64,000 nt of DNA, from NCBI RefSeq assembly GCF_032444005.1, contig NC_091286.1, positions 577,654,001 to 577,718,000 of the forward strand, in the 5' to 3' direction. The stretch comes from Ranitomeya imitator. Lineage: Eukaryota. Shown one piece after another: positions 23,443-37,000 of this stretch (position 1 is its first letter; every line of letters starts with the position of its first letter). The notes below the pieces were generated by a model. It did no database searches, was not told the DNA's origin, and saw only the letters and a program-made list of their open reading frames with translations. The translations under genes were made by a program, and so were the position numbers.

Positions 23443-23779
23443 GGCTGGGTTCATACTGCACTATGACAGTCCATTAGATGGACTGCGTTACACCGCGGCA
23501 TAACGTGGTGTAACACAGTCCATTAATGCTGCCATTATCCCCTATTTTGGGTGCATCACCAACGCATGCCATAATGGGCATATGCTAGCGATGTGCCGTC
23601 ATTTTGTTACGGACCCTCGGACGTGGGCTGCAGCGTTTCCGGGTCCGTCACCGCTAGCGCAGATAGAGCGAGCAGATGCTCTATCTGCGCTAGCACGATC
23701 ACATTTCGGCACTTGCGTTAACGCAGTCCATTTAATGCATGCATTGAACAGGCTGCTTTAACGCAGTATGAACCCAGCC
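23443..23779. mobile_element. PIF/Harbinger-type MITE
   Basis: TIR GGCTGGGTTCATACTGC...GCAGTATGAACCCAGCC; TAA TSD; relatives at 52436-52754 and ~50960-51289. Confidence 0.85.
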
Positions 23780-26293
23780 TAAGACACATTGCTACTGTAT
23801 CATATTGCCTGAAAGAACCTGAGCTAGTGAATTCATAGCTGAAGTTCACTGAATTCAGAGCTGGATTACTGGAGATTTATTAGTGGGTGCTCTATAATGA
23901 GCTACTGGAAAATAAGATCTAGAAACTGTTCACAGGAACCCTCTGCTGTCTGGTTCTACCTTTATTATACAGTTACATACAGTAGGAAAGCATCCACTTT
24001 TATGCATAGATTTTGTTTAAATTAGTTGTCCTGTCCTTACAAGGCATCAACTCCTGACAACTCCGACAGTGTTCACTGTCATGTTCCACAACTTGGGAAT
24101 CATACATTACTGTATAACCACTGTATTGTTGCTGTTACACTGCTATGTAATCAGTTTGCCTGTTAGAAGTTTGTCCTATCTCTCTGCCTGTAGCCCACCT
24201 CTGATGTAAGTTAGTGTTTGTTCTTCCTCAGTTAATGTTTGTCAGCCATTTTGGTAGGTTTATCTCTGTTCATCTCTGGTTGAGAATTGTCTTTTCACCT
24301 CCTACAGCTGTTACTATTGTCCATAATACACGAATTTAGACTGAGAATAAACTTCTTCTGGAATCTTAATACGTGCCTCTGCAGTTGAGTCAAGCTATCT
24401 GAGGAAGTTTTGTGGTGTGAGTACTGGCTCATACAGTCATCCATAGAAACACTATGTCAAGAGCCCCACACCAGCAGCCTAATTATGGAGTCAGAATAGT
24501 CACATAATATGGCAGAAATCCACATATCACTGAGAAGAAATTACATGTCACATTCTTAGCAATGGGCGAACATACATATATAATTGCAACAAGTCTGCAA
24601 GAAGGGAACTACTCTTTTCAAGGTGACATCCGATGAGGGACTTCCTGATATGACACCAGTATGATCTAACATGCTGTGGTTGTCAGACATATAGTGAGGT
24701 TTAACATTCCCCACAGATTTAAATAGATGCTGCAATTACTATAGGGCATGGCTACCTTCATATTTTCTTTTTTAAATACTATTGTACTACTGACATTGTA
24801 ACATAAAAAAGCCTTTGGAATTTAATTTATTTTATTTTTTTTATTAAGTATTATGCTGACTTAATGCTTTCTGTATGCTGATTTATTTTCCATGTATTTA
24901 CATATAACACTATTTACAGTGGTAACAGATAGGACTCTGTGTACATGTACAGTAATTAAGTTATTATAAAGCACCGGGCCCGATATCTGCTGTCTGCTTA
25001 CCAGGCATCCTCAGCTTGCTCAGCAGAAACTCTATAAATGGTGCTGTGATAAATATTGGCTCGTTTAATTCCTTTTAATTAACCAAGTTAATGATAAACA
25101 GGAAATGAGCGTTGGCGAGAATGATTCTGTCCATGAAGGAAATTTTCAGAGTCTGCTCCTCATCATATAGCGGATGTCTGGATTTATAGAGTACCTGGCC
25201 CATCTCAGCTCCGGGCATCACTCCGCTCCCTTTCTTATTAGTAATGTGACGAATTCTGTGAGGATGAGAATGACACTTGGGAGAACCGCGCAGAAGCAAT
25301 AGTTCGGTATGGAAAAGAACGACGTTCCAAATCTGAAGCCATTAATGTCGGCATTTTGACTCTTGCATTGAAAAGTGCTGAATCAGCTCCCAAGGGCGTT
25401 AGAGGCGTGTGGTATACTTCAGTGCTCAAGCCTGGGAAATTGACGTTATGGAAGAATATATTTAAAGCAGGTAATCTAGAAATATATTGTGGGCTTGGTA
25501 TAATTGTATTTTGCTTTTCAGAGCTTTGCCGAGAATAGTCAATCATATTAAACCTTGTGAATACCTAATATTTTGTGGTGGTCCCAGGGTGTGGTCTGAG
25601 ATCTCTGGCAATAATAACAATTAGTGGCCTCGATAGCCTTCGTTTCAATAAACATGAGTTGGGTTAAGGCGATGCCTTTAAGCTGAATTTATCTGATTTT
25701 TCTCTCTTTTCTTGCTATTTTTTATTTCTTTGCAGCCTATTTCTTTATTAACCACATTTTTTAATCCAGCCTAAAGGTCACCTTCTATGATATAGCATGT
25801 GAGCCTCGGGTGGTATTGGAGCGCCCCCAGACACAGGGCCACGCATTCTCGGTACCAGGCCTCTCTGGTTCGGTTCTGAGGCTGTCACGGTGGCTAGACC
25901 CGGTCTGCGACCCTGCTAAGGGGCGTCCAATAAAGGTGGTGCAGTTTGTCAGGGGTTCGTGACGCCACCTGTGGTGTTCGGTCAGGGTGACCGACGCTGC
26001 TGTGGGGTCCTCTGGGGTGATGGAATGACAGCTGGATGGTATACCTTCCCACAGCTGAAGTATATCCCCAGGGCTTCCCAGTAAGGTGGATGGTGATGGT
26101 GTGAGGTGCAGTCAATAATGAGGACACAAGGTTGCAGTCTCTTTACCTCTTTACTGTAGACTTCAGGATCCTCAATCCAGAGTACGTTTAGCAGGGCTAG
26201 CTGAGACCGGCCGGTCCGATGGGCACTTCCAGAGTTTCCCTCGCAGATGGAAATCGTTGCCTACCACTAGCGCCTGTGTGTTGTAGTCCTACC

Positions 26294-27087
26294 TGTTATG
26301 ATACGGTGGTTTAGGAGCAACATGGAACGAGCTCTGAAGGAAGTGGTAACTGTACTGACAGCAGTCCCTAAGCTCAACACAACACTAGAAGCAGCTTTGG
26401 AATGCTCCTAACACTCCGTAGGCACCTCGTCACAGCCTAAGAGCTAACTACCCCTAAAGAAAGAAGCAGGAAAGCTATCTTGCCTCAGAGAAAATCCCCA
26501 AAGGATAGATTAGCCCCCTACAAATAATGACTGAGTGGAGAGGGAAAAGACATACACAGAATGAAACCAGGATGAGCACAGGAGGCCAGTCTAGCTAAAT
26601 AGATAGGACAGGATGGAATACTGTGCTGTCAGTATAAAACACTACAAAAATCCACGCAGAGTTTACTAAAAATCTCCACACCTGACTAAAGATGTGGAGG
26701 GTAAATCTGCTTCCCAGAGCTTCCAGCAAGACAGAATTAATTCATACTGATAACGCTGGACAAACATAGAAGCACAGAACGGATAAGTCCACAAACTGTG
26801 AACAGAAAAGAGCAAGCAAAAACTTAGCTTTGCAGAACTGGTCAGGATAACAGGGAACTCCAAAGAGATGTGAATCCAACCAGGAACATTTACAAGTGGC
26901 ACTGGCTGAAGGACAGAACCAGGCATAAATAGTCGAGCAGAAAAGACGATCAGTGGAAGCAGCTGAAGACAGCTAACTCCAAGGAGCAGCCATACCACTT
27001 GAAACCACAAGAGGGAGCCCAAGAGCAGAACTCACAAAAGTGCCACTTACAACCACCGGAGGGAGCCCAAGAGCAGAATTCACAACA
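26294..27087 (-). mobile_element. Solo LTR of another family inserted into the 3' LTR
   Basis: TGTTATGA...TCACAACA; 6-bp duplication CCTACC; the empty site is visible in the other LTR near 29885-29900. Confidence 0.92.
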
Positions 27088-28273
27088 CCTACCCTGCTGA
27101 GCATTCGGAATAGTCCTCACAACTGCTGTTCTCGTTCGTCGTTCTCTACAGCTCTCTCTCTCTTTAGTTCCAGATGTTGCTAGTTTCTCGTCCCCCAGTA
27201 TGTTTTGGCTAGGACGCACCCGTATGACGGGAAGGCCTGGAGGTCTTCCGGGACCCTAGAGACGCCCCTCTACCACTGTTGCCCCCTATGTCTTCTTAGG
27301 AAATTTAAGGTAGACAGCCAACCTATGATTAACTGTCCTGTGGAGTTCGAAGTAAGGCTTAGAGTCAGTTACTCCCGCGGTGTTCCGGCTACCGGCTACA
27401 CGCCTCAGTAGGATGTTGCCTCGGTCTCACGGCACGACTCCTACTGGCTCTCCTTTGTGCTTGATCTCGTTTACACTGTTCCACAATATCCTTCCCTTTG
27501 TGTCTCTTTCTTAGGATACCGCCGCAAGGTAGTGTCTTCTCCCTGCAACACCCCCTGCCACGGGATGTTGCCTGAATCCAACCCAGTCAGCTTCTGACTA
27601 ACTTCCTCCCCAACCCCTAGTTTTACCAGTGTGAGGAGTGGCCCAATAAATAAAGCCTTTTGCTCCCCCTAGTGGCCGGAGTGTGAAGTGTAAAGTGTTC
27701 TGGTGATACCTGGTCAGGAGAACTCCTTCAGAGCCATCAGACGTACCATCACTCCCCTTAGTGTCAGAGCGTCATACTGCAACGACCAGATCTCTAAGGC
27801 GCTGCACTCCCCCCGGTGAAATCCAGTACTCCTGGACTGGGAAGAAGAACAACAATAAAAAGCAGCAAAAGACATACAAAATTTTGAAATGCTAAAACAA
27901 GTAAATAGAACAATGCTTCCCTTTATGGGCGGTGAGGACACTTGAACGTTACAAACAAAATTAAATATTTTTAAATAACATGTTGACTATAAATAACTCT
28001 CAGTACCCAGCCGGGTATTCTACCAAGTGTAAACTTTGAACAATAAGTTAACTTTTCCTTTAAGGGCGTATACGCTGAACCCACTAAAGGCCTACCATAA
28101 AATACTATATAAATAACTCAACTTTTCTTTCCGTTCTAACTTCCCCAATCGGCATTGTGCCGACCATCTTTCTACAGTTCTCAGGAGGACTCTCTCTCTA
28201 ACCCCTACGGGTTTAAGCAGAAAAAGAGCAAGAAGATAAAGAGTTAACTATGTACATTTGTGGGTTCCGAGGT

Positions 28274-29053
28274 TTATTTCTGTAAGTCAGGAGGTAGCAC
28301 CGGTCGGAGTAGCCCAGCTGGATACTGGCGGCTACCAGGTGCCACACAAGGGGCTCCCTCACTCCAGAAGGGGGTCTTGTGGCTTTGCTTATCTCTTTTC
28401 TCATCCGATGCGGTATCAATGTCACTAATCGGTTTCTCCGGTATAGTCAAGTCGTTAGGGATCGGTGTTCGAATGTCAGTTTTGGTAGTAGGTACAGTAG
28501 TACAAATGATGCACACAGTGGTAGTAGTGCTGGGACTCGTCAGTTCAGAGTTAGTCTTAGTCAGGGCAGCAGGTGGCGCTGCTACGGGGCCTAGCAGTAT
28601 GTCTTCTGTCACTGGGGCAGGGTCACTCTTCATACCTGCTTCAGATGCGGTCCCTCCGGTGCCGGCCTGCTCTGTCTCCGCTGGGATCTGGAACGCTGAC
28701 TGCGGGGCCTTGCGCTGTGGCGTTGTCATCTCTGTTTGCAGTATCTCGCTTTACGGCAGTGCCTTGCTTTCTGGCTTCGGAGCGCTGGAACTTCTTTCTT
28801 GCTCCGGACCAGACGAGGCTGCCGACAGACGTCTGGTGAGGCCCCCGGTGACGATCTCCTTCCACCCGGCCTCAGTGCTCAGCTGCGTCCGCTGGAGTTG
28901 ATTGCTGAGCTCGTCCACTCCGGCCTGCAGAAAGTCGGGAACAACAGGTGTCGCCTGGCCGCGGTATCTCCCTGGGCAGCTGGGGGAGTCCTCTGCTCCG
29001 ACCCCACGCTCCGATCCTGGGCGGCTGGCCATGGCGTCTCCCACGTGGCTCAC
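28274..29053 (-). pseudogene. Orphan ~260-codon ORF in the non-autonomous LTR element, with one in-frame stop
   Basis: ORFs 29053-28751 and 28729-28274 are in the same frame, separated by a single TAA. The sequence is P/S/T/E-rich with no gag or pol motif recognised. Confidence 0.5.
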
Positions 29054-29397
29054 TTCCGGGTCTATTTCCCGCTCTGTTCTTCATGGGCGGTTTCGTTTCT
29101 TGTCCCCCGCCCCCCATTGAAGATCAGGAGGCAGATCTCAGCTGCTGACGGACAGGTCCTCAAGGTACAGAAATATTTAGACTGGGCGGCCATTATCTTT
29201 CGCGCTCTCCAGCTTACTCACGCCCACTTCCACGCCCTTCTTCTTCTCTTGCGCTCCTTGTAGCGCTACAATGGCGGCAGTTTTGGCGGGAATCTTGCGG
29301 CAGATAGCAATACACAGTCTTTGCAATAAATCACAGTCCAACACGTTTCAATCACAATTCCAAGGCACACATGACCTGCTTCTCAGGCTTAAGTACG

Positions 29398-29415
29398 ATC
29401 CTGTTCGTGACGCCA
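29398..29415 (-). promoter_or_regulatory. Primer binding site, tRNA-Ser(CGA)-like
   Basis: TGGCGTCACGAACAGGAT, 3 nt from the 5' LTR. Confidence 0.85.
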
Positions 29416-31146
29416 AGTTGGAGTGCCCCCAGACACAGGGCCACGCGTTCTCGGTACCGGGCCTCTCTGGTTCGGTTCTGAGGCTGTCACGGTGGCTAGA
29501 CCCGGTCCGCGACCCTGCTAAGGGGCGTCCAATAAAGGTGGTGCAGTTTGTCAGGGGTTCGTGACGCCACCTGTGGTGTTCGGTCAGGGTGACCGACGCT
29601 GCTGTGGGGTCCTCTGGGGTGATGGAATGGCAGCTGGATGGTATACCTTCCCACAGCTGAAGTATATCCCCAGGGCTTCCCAGTAAGGTGGATGATGATG
29701 GTGTGAGATGCAGTCAATAATGAGGACACAAGGTTGCAGTCTCTTTACGTCTTTACTGTAGACTTCAAGATCCTCAATCCAGAGTACGTTTAACAGGGCT
29801 AGCTGAGACCGGCCTGTCCGATGGGCACTTCCAGAGTTTCCCTCGCAGATGGAAATCGTTGCCTACCACTAGCGCCTGTGTGTTGTAGTCCTACCCTGCT
29901 GAGCATTCGGAATAGTCCTCACAACTGCTGTTCTCATTCGTCGTTCTCTACAGCTCTCTCTCTCTTTAGTTCCAGATGTTTCTAGTTTCTCGTCCCCCAG
30001 TATGTTTTGGCTAGGACGCACCCGTATGACGGGAAGGCCTGGAGGTCTTCCGGGACCCTAGAGACGCCCCTCTCCCACTGTTGCCCCCTATGTCTTCTTA
30101 GGAAATTTAAGGTAGACAGCCAACCTATGATTAACTGTCCTGCGGAGTTCGAAGTAAGGCTTAGAGTCAGTTACTTCCGCGGTGTTCCGGCCACCGGCTA
30201 CGCGCCTCAGTAGGATGTTGCCTCGGTCTCACGGCACGACTCCTACTGGCTCTCCTTTGTGCTTGATCTCGTTTACACTGTTCCACAATATCCTTCCCTT
30301 CGTGTCTCTTTCTTAGGATACCGCCACAAGGTAGTGCAGGCGCGGTTCCGTTACGTTCTGTTCTGTTCACTAGGCACCTGCCAGCTTCCCACGCCTGACA
30401 GGGACCCCCCTGTGTCTTCTCCCTGCAACACCCCCTGCCACGGGATGTTGCCTGAATCCAACCCAGTCAGCTTCTGACTAACTTCCTCCCCAACCCCTAG
30501 TTTTACCAGTGTGAGGAGTGGCCCAATAAATAAAGCCTTTTGCTCCCCCTAGTGGCCGGAGTGTGAAGTGTAAAGTGTTCTGGTGATACCTGGTCAGGAG
30601 AACTCCTTCAGAGCCATCAGACGTACCATCACTCCCCTTAGTGGCAGAGCGTCATACTGCAACGACCAGATCTCTGGGGCGCTGCACTATCCTTCACTGA
30701 CTCTTAGAAAGAGTCGACTTTTCCATCTATACGGTTTATTTCTGGATTAAATCATGCCTGAAATTTCACACAAAACCAGAGTACAGTACATTTGGTGCAA
30801 ATACCAGTGTAATATGCACAGGGCCCGGTACATTCCTTATTCTCTGAAACTTAACATCCATTGTTTTTGAGTGAGCAATTCCTTTTTTTCAGCATTATAC
30901 CAGCACTATAAGTGCTAGAACTTTCATTCCTTCATGTCCAGCATGCATTGCTCCTTCCACTGCCCAATGGATTTCCTGCCCAGAACTGAATACCTACTTC
31001 TATTTTATGACTCCAAGTACTTTGAGAGACAGGAGAGAAGGAGCAAAGAGACAAAGACCACCTCCTACTTTCTGTAGTGTGACAACAGGCAGTAGATAGC
31101 AAGTTATACAGAATGAAGACAACAACTTGTGATCTTGTAAACATAA

Positions 31147-31645
31147 AGGGATCTGTCATAAGGATCCACCCTCCTAAGCCATCTAGATTGACATGTAGGT
31201 CATAGGAAGCTGAATAAAATGATACCTTGATATTTGCTATCTCATGTCTTTTTCCAGCGAAATCCATGTTTTTTTTTCTTATATGCAAATGTGATGCTGA
31301 GATTTATGGGCAGGACACTGATCTTGCTGAAAATCTGCCTCCAGAGTGTATTGGGAGCGTTACCAGTGTGAGACGTGTATATCAGGAGAGCAGGCTGTCA
31401 GTCATTACATGTTTCACACTGGTAACTCCTTCTTTCATTTATAATAATCTCTGGAGGCAGATTCTCAGGGAGATCTATGTCCGGCCCATAGATCTTAACA
31501 GCTAATTTACATATAAGAAAAATGCGGATTTCTCTGGAATAAAACATCAGATTGCAGATATAAAGGTGTCATGTTAATCAGCTTCCTATAACCTACATGC
31601 CCATATAGACGGCCTAGGAGGGTGGATCCTACTGACAGATTCCCT
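31147..31645. mobile_element. Kolobok/T2-type MITE
   Basis: AGGGATCTGTCA...TGACAGATTCCCT with subterminal inverted GGATCCACCCTCCTA; TTAA on the right flank. Confidence 0.75.
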
Positions 31646-32289
31646 TTAATTCTGACCTGGGTTGTCATGAACAAGTGCAAAGGCTTCACAAAATAATTAG
31701 AAACCTAAATGGTATCTAAAGTTACCACAGATTTTTCAAGAGTTTAGAAGATGAAGGTAACGTTGGAAAGAAATATAAAATGCAGAGATGTGTGGATTGA
31801 TTCCCAGTGCAGATATAGAAGAGGCAAGCAGTAGCAGGCTAGAAATTGTAAGAGGATGTGTTAAGATGCTGGTTCAATATTTGATGTATGTAGATTTTCA
31901 ACCTTTTTTCTTTGTAATATCCCATCTCTTAGTTCAGTATTGTTGACAGACGCTACATACCATCTATTCCTTGTAAAGCCATTTTACCAGTCTTTCATTG
32001 ATTTAATTTCTACTGTATAAAGTCTTCTCAGATACAATTTACAACCAGATCTTTTTTCTCATGATCCTAAACAGATCGTCCACTATTTTATCATTGTTAC
32101 CTTGATATCATTGTCACCACAGACAATTTCACACTCGGTGTTGGTGGTGGCGGCTGCTGGCCGGAACTGCTCAATTGCGGAGCTGCTCCATCTTCTGATA
32201 GTGGCCGTGGCAGGGTACTGCACACACTCCTATTGATTTGAATAGCTGATCGGGGAGGGTGCCGGGTGTCAGATCCCGATCTTTCATGG

Positions 32290-33060
32290 TAGATAAAGAG
32301 AAACAAGGAGCACCAATAACGAGTGTAAAAATAGCTGGAGTCTTATATATATTGGGGTGCTTAACAATGCACAGGATAAAGCAATGCATCCAAAAAGGAA
32401 GGAACCATGCATATTAGGCGCACACCCAAGATATTGAAGAAATATATATGCAAAGTTTATTGGTAGACAAACCCACAATGAAAACATTTAAAAGACAAAA
32501 CACATCACTTGTAGTCCCATAGCACTATAGCGTATACAATATCATATTTGAATGACAGAAACATACCTAAAACACCCCATATACATACAATAGTTGCACA
32601 TGAAATAGACAAAACCCTGTTGTGGGCGTCCGCAGAAAACCAGGTAATGGAAAAAAAAACCCTTCTGAAAGGCTGCAATAAGCCTATTTAATGCTGTGGG
32701 GAAACTACCATAGATATCCCATTGAAGTAGGAAGAAAAAAATCTCCCTTAAGGCATGAAGTTAGAGAGGGAGCTGCCATATAGAGCAGTGAGGAGGAAAG
32801 CATCTACCAAGGGGTTAAACAAGGAGGCTGAGATAGCGATCATATCACCATATAAGGCAGTCCACTGCAGGGCCTCATGGGTCTAAAAGTCAAGAGAACA
32901 CTAGTCCCACCAGAGTGATGTGGGAAGCCCCACGAGTATTGCTGCAGAGCGCAGCTTCATCAGGGAAAAACGGACCTCACTCAAGACGCTTCGATTTAGG
33001 GAGGTGACAGAGCATGCACTGGGATTCTCAAAAAAGTGTCATAAAAAAGGAAGCAGTAAA
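32290..33060 (-). mobile_element. Decayed PLE-type relic with a degenerate HHR
   Basis: The minus strand of 32928-32965 reads CC-CUGAUGA-A-GCUGC-GCUCU-GCAGC-AAUAC-UCGU-GGGG (GAAAC decayed). Boundaries are approximate. Confidence 0.4.
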
Positions 33061-33104
33061 AACATAAAACAAAACAGTTAGTTTAGTTAGGGAAGGATAG
33101 GGAC

Positions 33105-34812
33105 TAGTGATGAGCGAATATACTGGTTACTCAAGATTTCCGGAGCACGCTCGGGTGTCTTCCGAGTATTTTTTAGTGCTCGGAGATTTAGTTTTCTTCG
33201 CTGAATGATTTACAGCTACTAGCCAGCATAAGTACATGTGGGGGTTGCCTGCAGGGCCGGCTCCAGATTTTTGAGGGCCCCGGGCGAAAGAGTCTCAGTG
33301 GGCCCTACCCCTTTAACACATACCACGATTCATGATGCACAGATACAGCAGAGAAATATAGCTATAGTACAATGCCAAAGATTTCACTTCTTACATGAGT
33401 GATAGCTATTGTAAATTCCACAATACCATACAGCAGAGGGGCTTTATATAAGTCAACCCCCAATATGCCAATTATGTGAGAGCGATGCACAAGCCTTGCA
33501 TTGCATCAGTGTATATATACAGGATTCTTGCCCCTTGTGTCTCTATTCTTCCCCCTGTGTCTCCCATCCTGCCCCCTGCTGCTTTCAATGAAAAAAAACA
33601 AAAACTGTCTACTTAAATGGCCGCGCTCCTGCAGCGATGATCCCTCCACGCAACTTAAGTGCGCACTTGCTGGCAGATGACAATGATATCATACACTGGC
33701 GATGGGCGCACTAACGTCACCTGCCAGCTGCTGATTGGCTGGCGGCTTTTAACCATTCAATGAAGAGTGTTTGCGCTTATCCTCCTATGGAATTAAAACA
33801 ATTTAATGCAAATAGGGTTAAAACAGTTAAAACATATAAGACCATATGTAGGTTAGGGCAGATACCAGTCAGTAGCTTAAATACATTAAAATGTTGGTTA
33901 GATTGGCGGTCAGGTAGAGAGATGGCTAGTAGCAGGCAGTAATCGGGCACAGACCTCAGTACATAGGGTTAGTGTCCCATAGATGGTGCAATTAGCATGA
34001 GAGATCCACTTCTAAAGTGCACTGGTGCAGACTCCAAAAAATAGATAGCTGTATACAGCAAAGAAGAGGTCAGGGTTATCTCTAACCACTATTAGCAAGG
34101 CAATAAAAAGTTAGAGGAGGGGCAGTACCTTTGTCTTTGTAGCAAAATCCCCTCTGTGTTCTGTAAATTGTATTCCTGACATAGTAAGAAGATGTTGCAG
34201 TCTAGATAAGACTGATGGATGGGAGCGCTGTCCCGCTGGTGACAGCTACTCCGTGTGACTAGCTCCAGTGGTCCGCAGTGAGCCGGTCACGGTGTGTAAG
34301 TGCAGCGTCCTGAGAGCAAGTGTAGGACCTGCATGACGTCAGTCGGCACATGATGCCCATGTGACCACACCACAGCATGTACAGGATGTGATGAGGACCA
34401 AACCACTTTCCAACGCCGGGTTCCTTCTTCAGCTTTTAACTGTAGTGTTTAACTGAATCCTGCCGCTGGGGCCCGATGAGCAGAGGGGGCCCGATGCGGG
34501 TCTCCTCTGCTCATCGGGCCCCATACGCCAGTTAGGGCAGTAATGCCCTGATGGCGGCCCTGATCCCAGACAGTATGAGTGGGCCCCCCCATCTTGTCAG
34601 GGCCCCGGCAATTGCCCGGGTACGCCGGGTGCTGACGCCGGCCCTGGTTTCCTGGTTGCTAGGGAATCCCCACATGTAATCAAGCTGGCTAAGAGATGTA
34701 AATCATTCAGCTGAGGTGAGGAAAACTAAATCTCCGAGCACTAAAAAATACTCGGAGGACACCCGAGCGTGCTCGGGAAATCTCGAGTAAGGAGTATATT
34801 CACTCATCACTA
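33105..34812. mobile_element. hAT MITE (TAGTGATGAGCGA family) split by a nested hAT element
   Basis: Outer TIRs with perfect TSD ATAGGGAC; the two halves rejoin to match 8738-9048. Confidence 0.9.
33252..34646. mobile_element. Non-autonomous hAT element
   Basis: TIR CAGGGCCGGC...GCCGGCCCTG; 8-bp TSD GTTGCCTG/GTTTCCTG. Confidence 0.85.
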
Positions 34813-35269
34813 ATAGGGACCTTTTAAATAAAGTATAATAAATAGATTAGATTATGGCATTAATAGAAATGAAAATTAATTTATGTTTCGGACTACTACG
34901 TTAAGTCTATTGACTTGCTGCTATTACTAACACCAGTTACAATAGGGATTATTGTATTGTATTTCTACCTGTAGCAGGGAATCAAAACCATATAATTTAC
35001 TGCTTTTTATAAAATTTATAAAAAACAGTAAATAACACTGCTACTGCTATTCAACCATTTTACCTTCATTAAAGCACCACTGCAGCTTTTTTTTTTCAAC
35101 GCTGGAGTGGCGCATTAAATGTAAGCTCCCAACCCCCATTCTTATACTCAGCCTTCAGCGTCTTCACCTTTTACCAAAGCTGCTCCGATGCCATGGGGGC
35201 ATGTTGTGGCACTAGCTTCTGACCGACCGGAATAGATAAGCCACATCACACGCTCTCAATATAAGTCTA

Positions 35270-36409
35270 TGTGGTGCCCCAGGGTCCTGGTCATCACAGT
35301 AGCATTGCTTTCCTCACGGGGAGAGTGATGTTACACTTGAAGGCAAGAAGGGATAACTGTAACCAGGTAATCACAAGCATGCAACACATTCACACTCCAG
35401 GCCACCAGGGGGAGCTTTTGATCCTATTCTCTAGGTGACTCCTCATATATATGGTTGTCTGTAGGGAAAGTTAGTCAGTTCTTGCCAGAAAACAGACTGG
35501 ATCAGTCTGAGGCAGAGGAAGGTTTACGGAGCTGTGTAGCCGCAGTGCAGCAGTTCCCAGAAAGAGACATTTAGAAAGCCGAATACATTGCAGTGAACGT
35601 GCAGGAGAGCAAAGCACAGGAGACGATACCAAGGGGAGACCAGCCCGAACAGGCTGTCTCCTTCTAAGGCGCAGAAACCGGTAGCCTGAACACCGAGGAT
35701 TGTAAGGCCCTCCACGACTTACATCAGAGACCGGCAGGACAGCTGAACTCCACGTTACCTGTCCGCCTTAGTACCCAGGAGGCACAGTGACACCCTTAGA
35801 GGCTGGGGCGTGCTAGAGTCCCTATAAACTGCCTCAAGTCACCAGTCATACGGGTCATGTCCTATCCTATATGGGGGGACAGAGAGGACAATAGTACACC
35901 TGTGAGGACCTTATTTGGAGCCATAGGCAGTAAGGGACTACAACACCACGGTGCTAGAGGAAGGCTTTGATTTCCACCTTGGTAAGGGGACTCCTAACTT
36001 GCCTCCAAGCCGGCCGGACCCTGCCTGCCCTTTGATCTGGTGCCCTGGACTGTGGCTGCCTGAAGTCTTCAGTAAACAAGGTAAGAGACTGCAAACCTGT
36101 GTCCTCATTCTTTATTGTACCATTCACCATCTTCCATCTACACACCGGGAGCCCTGGGTATATACTTCACCTGTGGGAAGTTATACCATCTAGCTGCCAT
36201 AACATTACCCCAGAGGACCCCTTAAAGCAGCGCCGGTCCCCACTGACCGAATACCACAGGTGTCATCACGAACATGAACTTTATTCCCTTTAAAGACCTT
36301 TCCCTTTTATATGGGTGCCCAGGACCACGGACTGGGTCGCCACTGTGACATTCCCCTGTGAACTCAGGACCCGGTACCGAGTACCCCACGGCCCAGGTGG
36401 AGCGACCCA
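35270..36409 (+). mobile_element. Solo LTR (Gypsy-type)
   Basis: TGTGGTGCCCC...GAGCGACCCA; 4-bp TSD TCTA; its 3' end resembles the reverse complement of the start of 56614-57763. Confidence 0.85.
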
Positions 36410-36759
36410 TCTATAAGTGCCAGAACCAGGCTCTCATAGACTTGTATTGAAAAATGACCTCCGACGCGCTTCAGCATACACTGAAGTGCGCCGACAGGTC
36501 ACTTTTCCACTGAGACAGACCGGAGTGACTCTGTAAAAGATTGAAGGGGATGACAGGTGAGTATGAGACAAGGAGCCGGGGACTTACAGTAAAAAGCACC
36601 ACTTCAGTGGTGCAATAAAAAAAATACTGGAGTGGAGCTACTCCCAACACAATATGCTGCTCTCTCAGACTACACACAGTCTGATGTTCTTTCAAAAGGT
36701 ATGTCACCAAAGGGTCTTCATGCACTATGAAGTATAACGTCTCCACACAGCCTGCTTAC

Positions 36760-37000
36760 ACAATGATATCCCTACACAGTATAAAGTCCCCAAATCCCCG
36801 CTACATAGTATGATGTCCCTTCACACAGCATTCCATCATAGAGTCCCCAAGCAATATGATGTCTCCACAAAGCCCCCAACTTAGTATTATGTCCCCAAAC
36901 AGCCCCCTACGCAGTGTGATGTTCCCACACAGCCCCCTTACACAGTATTTTGACCCACGGAGCTCACTTCCACAGTATATTCCCACACAGCCCCCGTGTG
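36760..37000. repeat. Degenerate minisatellite (CAGTATGATG-CCCCCA-type unit, ~20 bp)
   Basis: Recurring AGTATGATGT/TCCCCAC motifs; the same type occurs at 53380-53890. Confidence 0.7.

Larger units (their letters stand above)
25817..30686 (-). mobile_element. Non-autonomous LTR retrotransposon (Gypsy-type LTRs, 1.6-kb internal region without pol)
   Basis: LTRs at 25817-27806 (with a nested insertion and a ~78-bp deletion) and 29419-30686; TGGAGCGCCCC...GGGGCGCTGCA ends; perfect tRNA-Ser-like PBS at 29398-29415; PPT at 27807-27816; flanks GTAT/CTAT (3 of 4 match). Confidence 0.9.

Noticed and set aside
24026-24436. Possible solo LTR (TGT...ACA with AATAAA)
   Set aside because: No TSD or terminal inverted repeat could be confirmed.
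28260-29263. Long plus-strand ORFs (213 aa and 175 aa)
   Set aside because: They are antisense shadows of the GC-rich interior of the LTR element and have no motifs.
32097-32306. Exon-like GC-rich segment with a donor at 32098 on the minus strand
   Set aside because: Several frames are open on both strands, there is no clear acceptor, and it abuts a decayed repeat.
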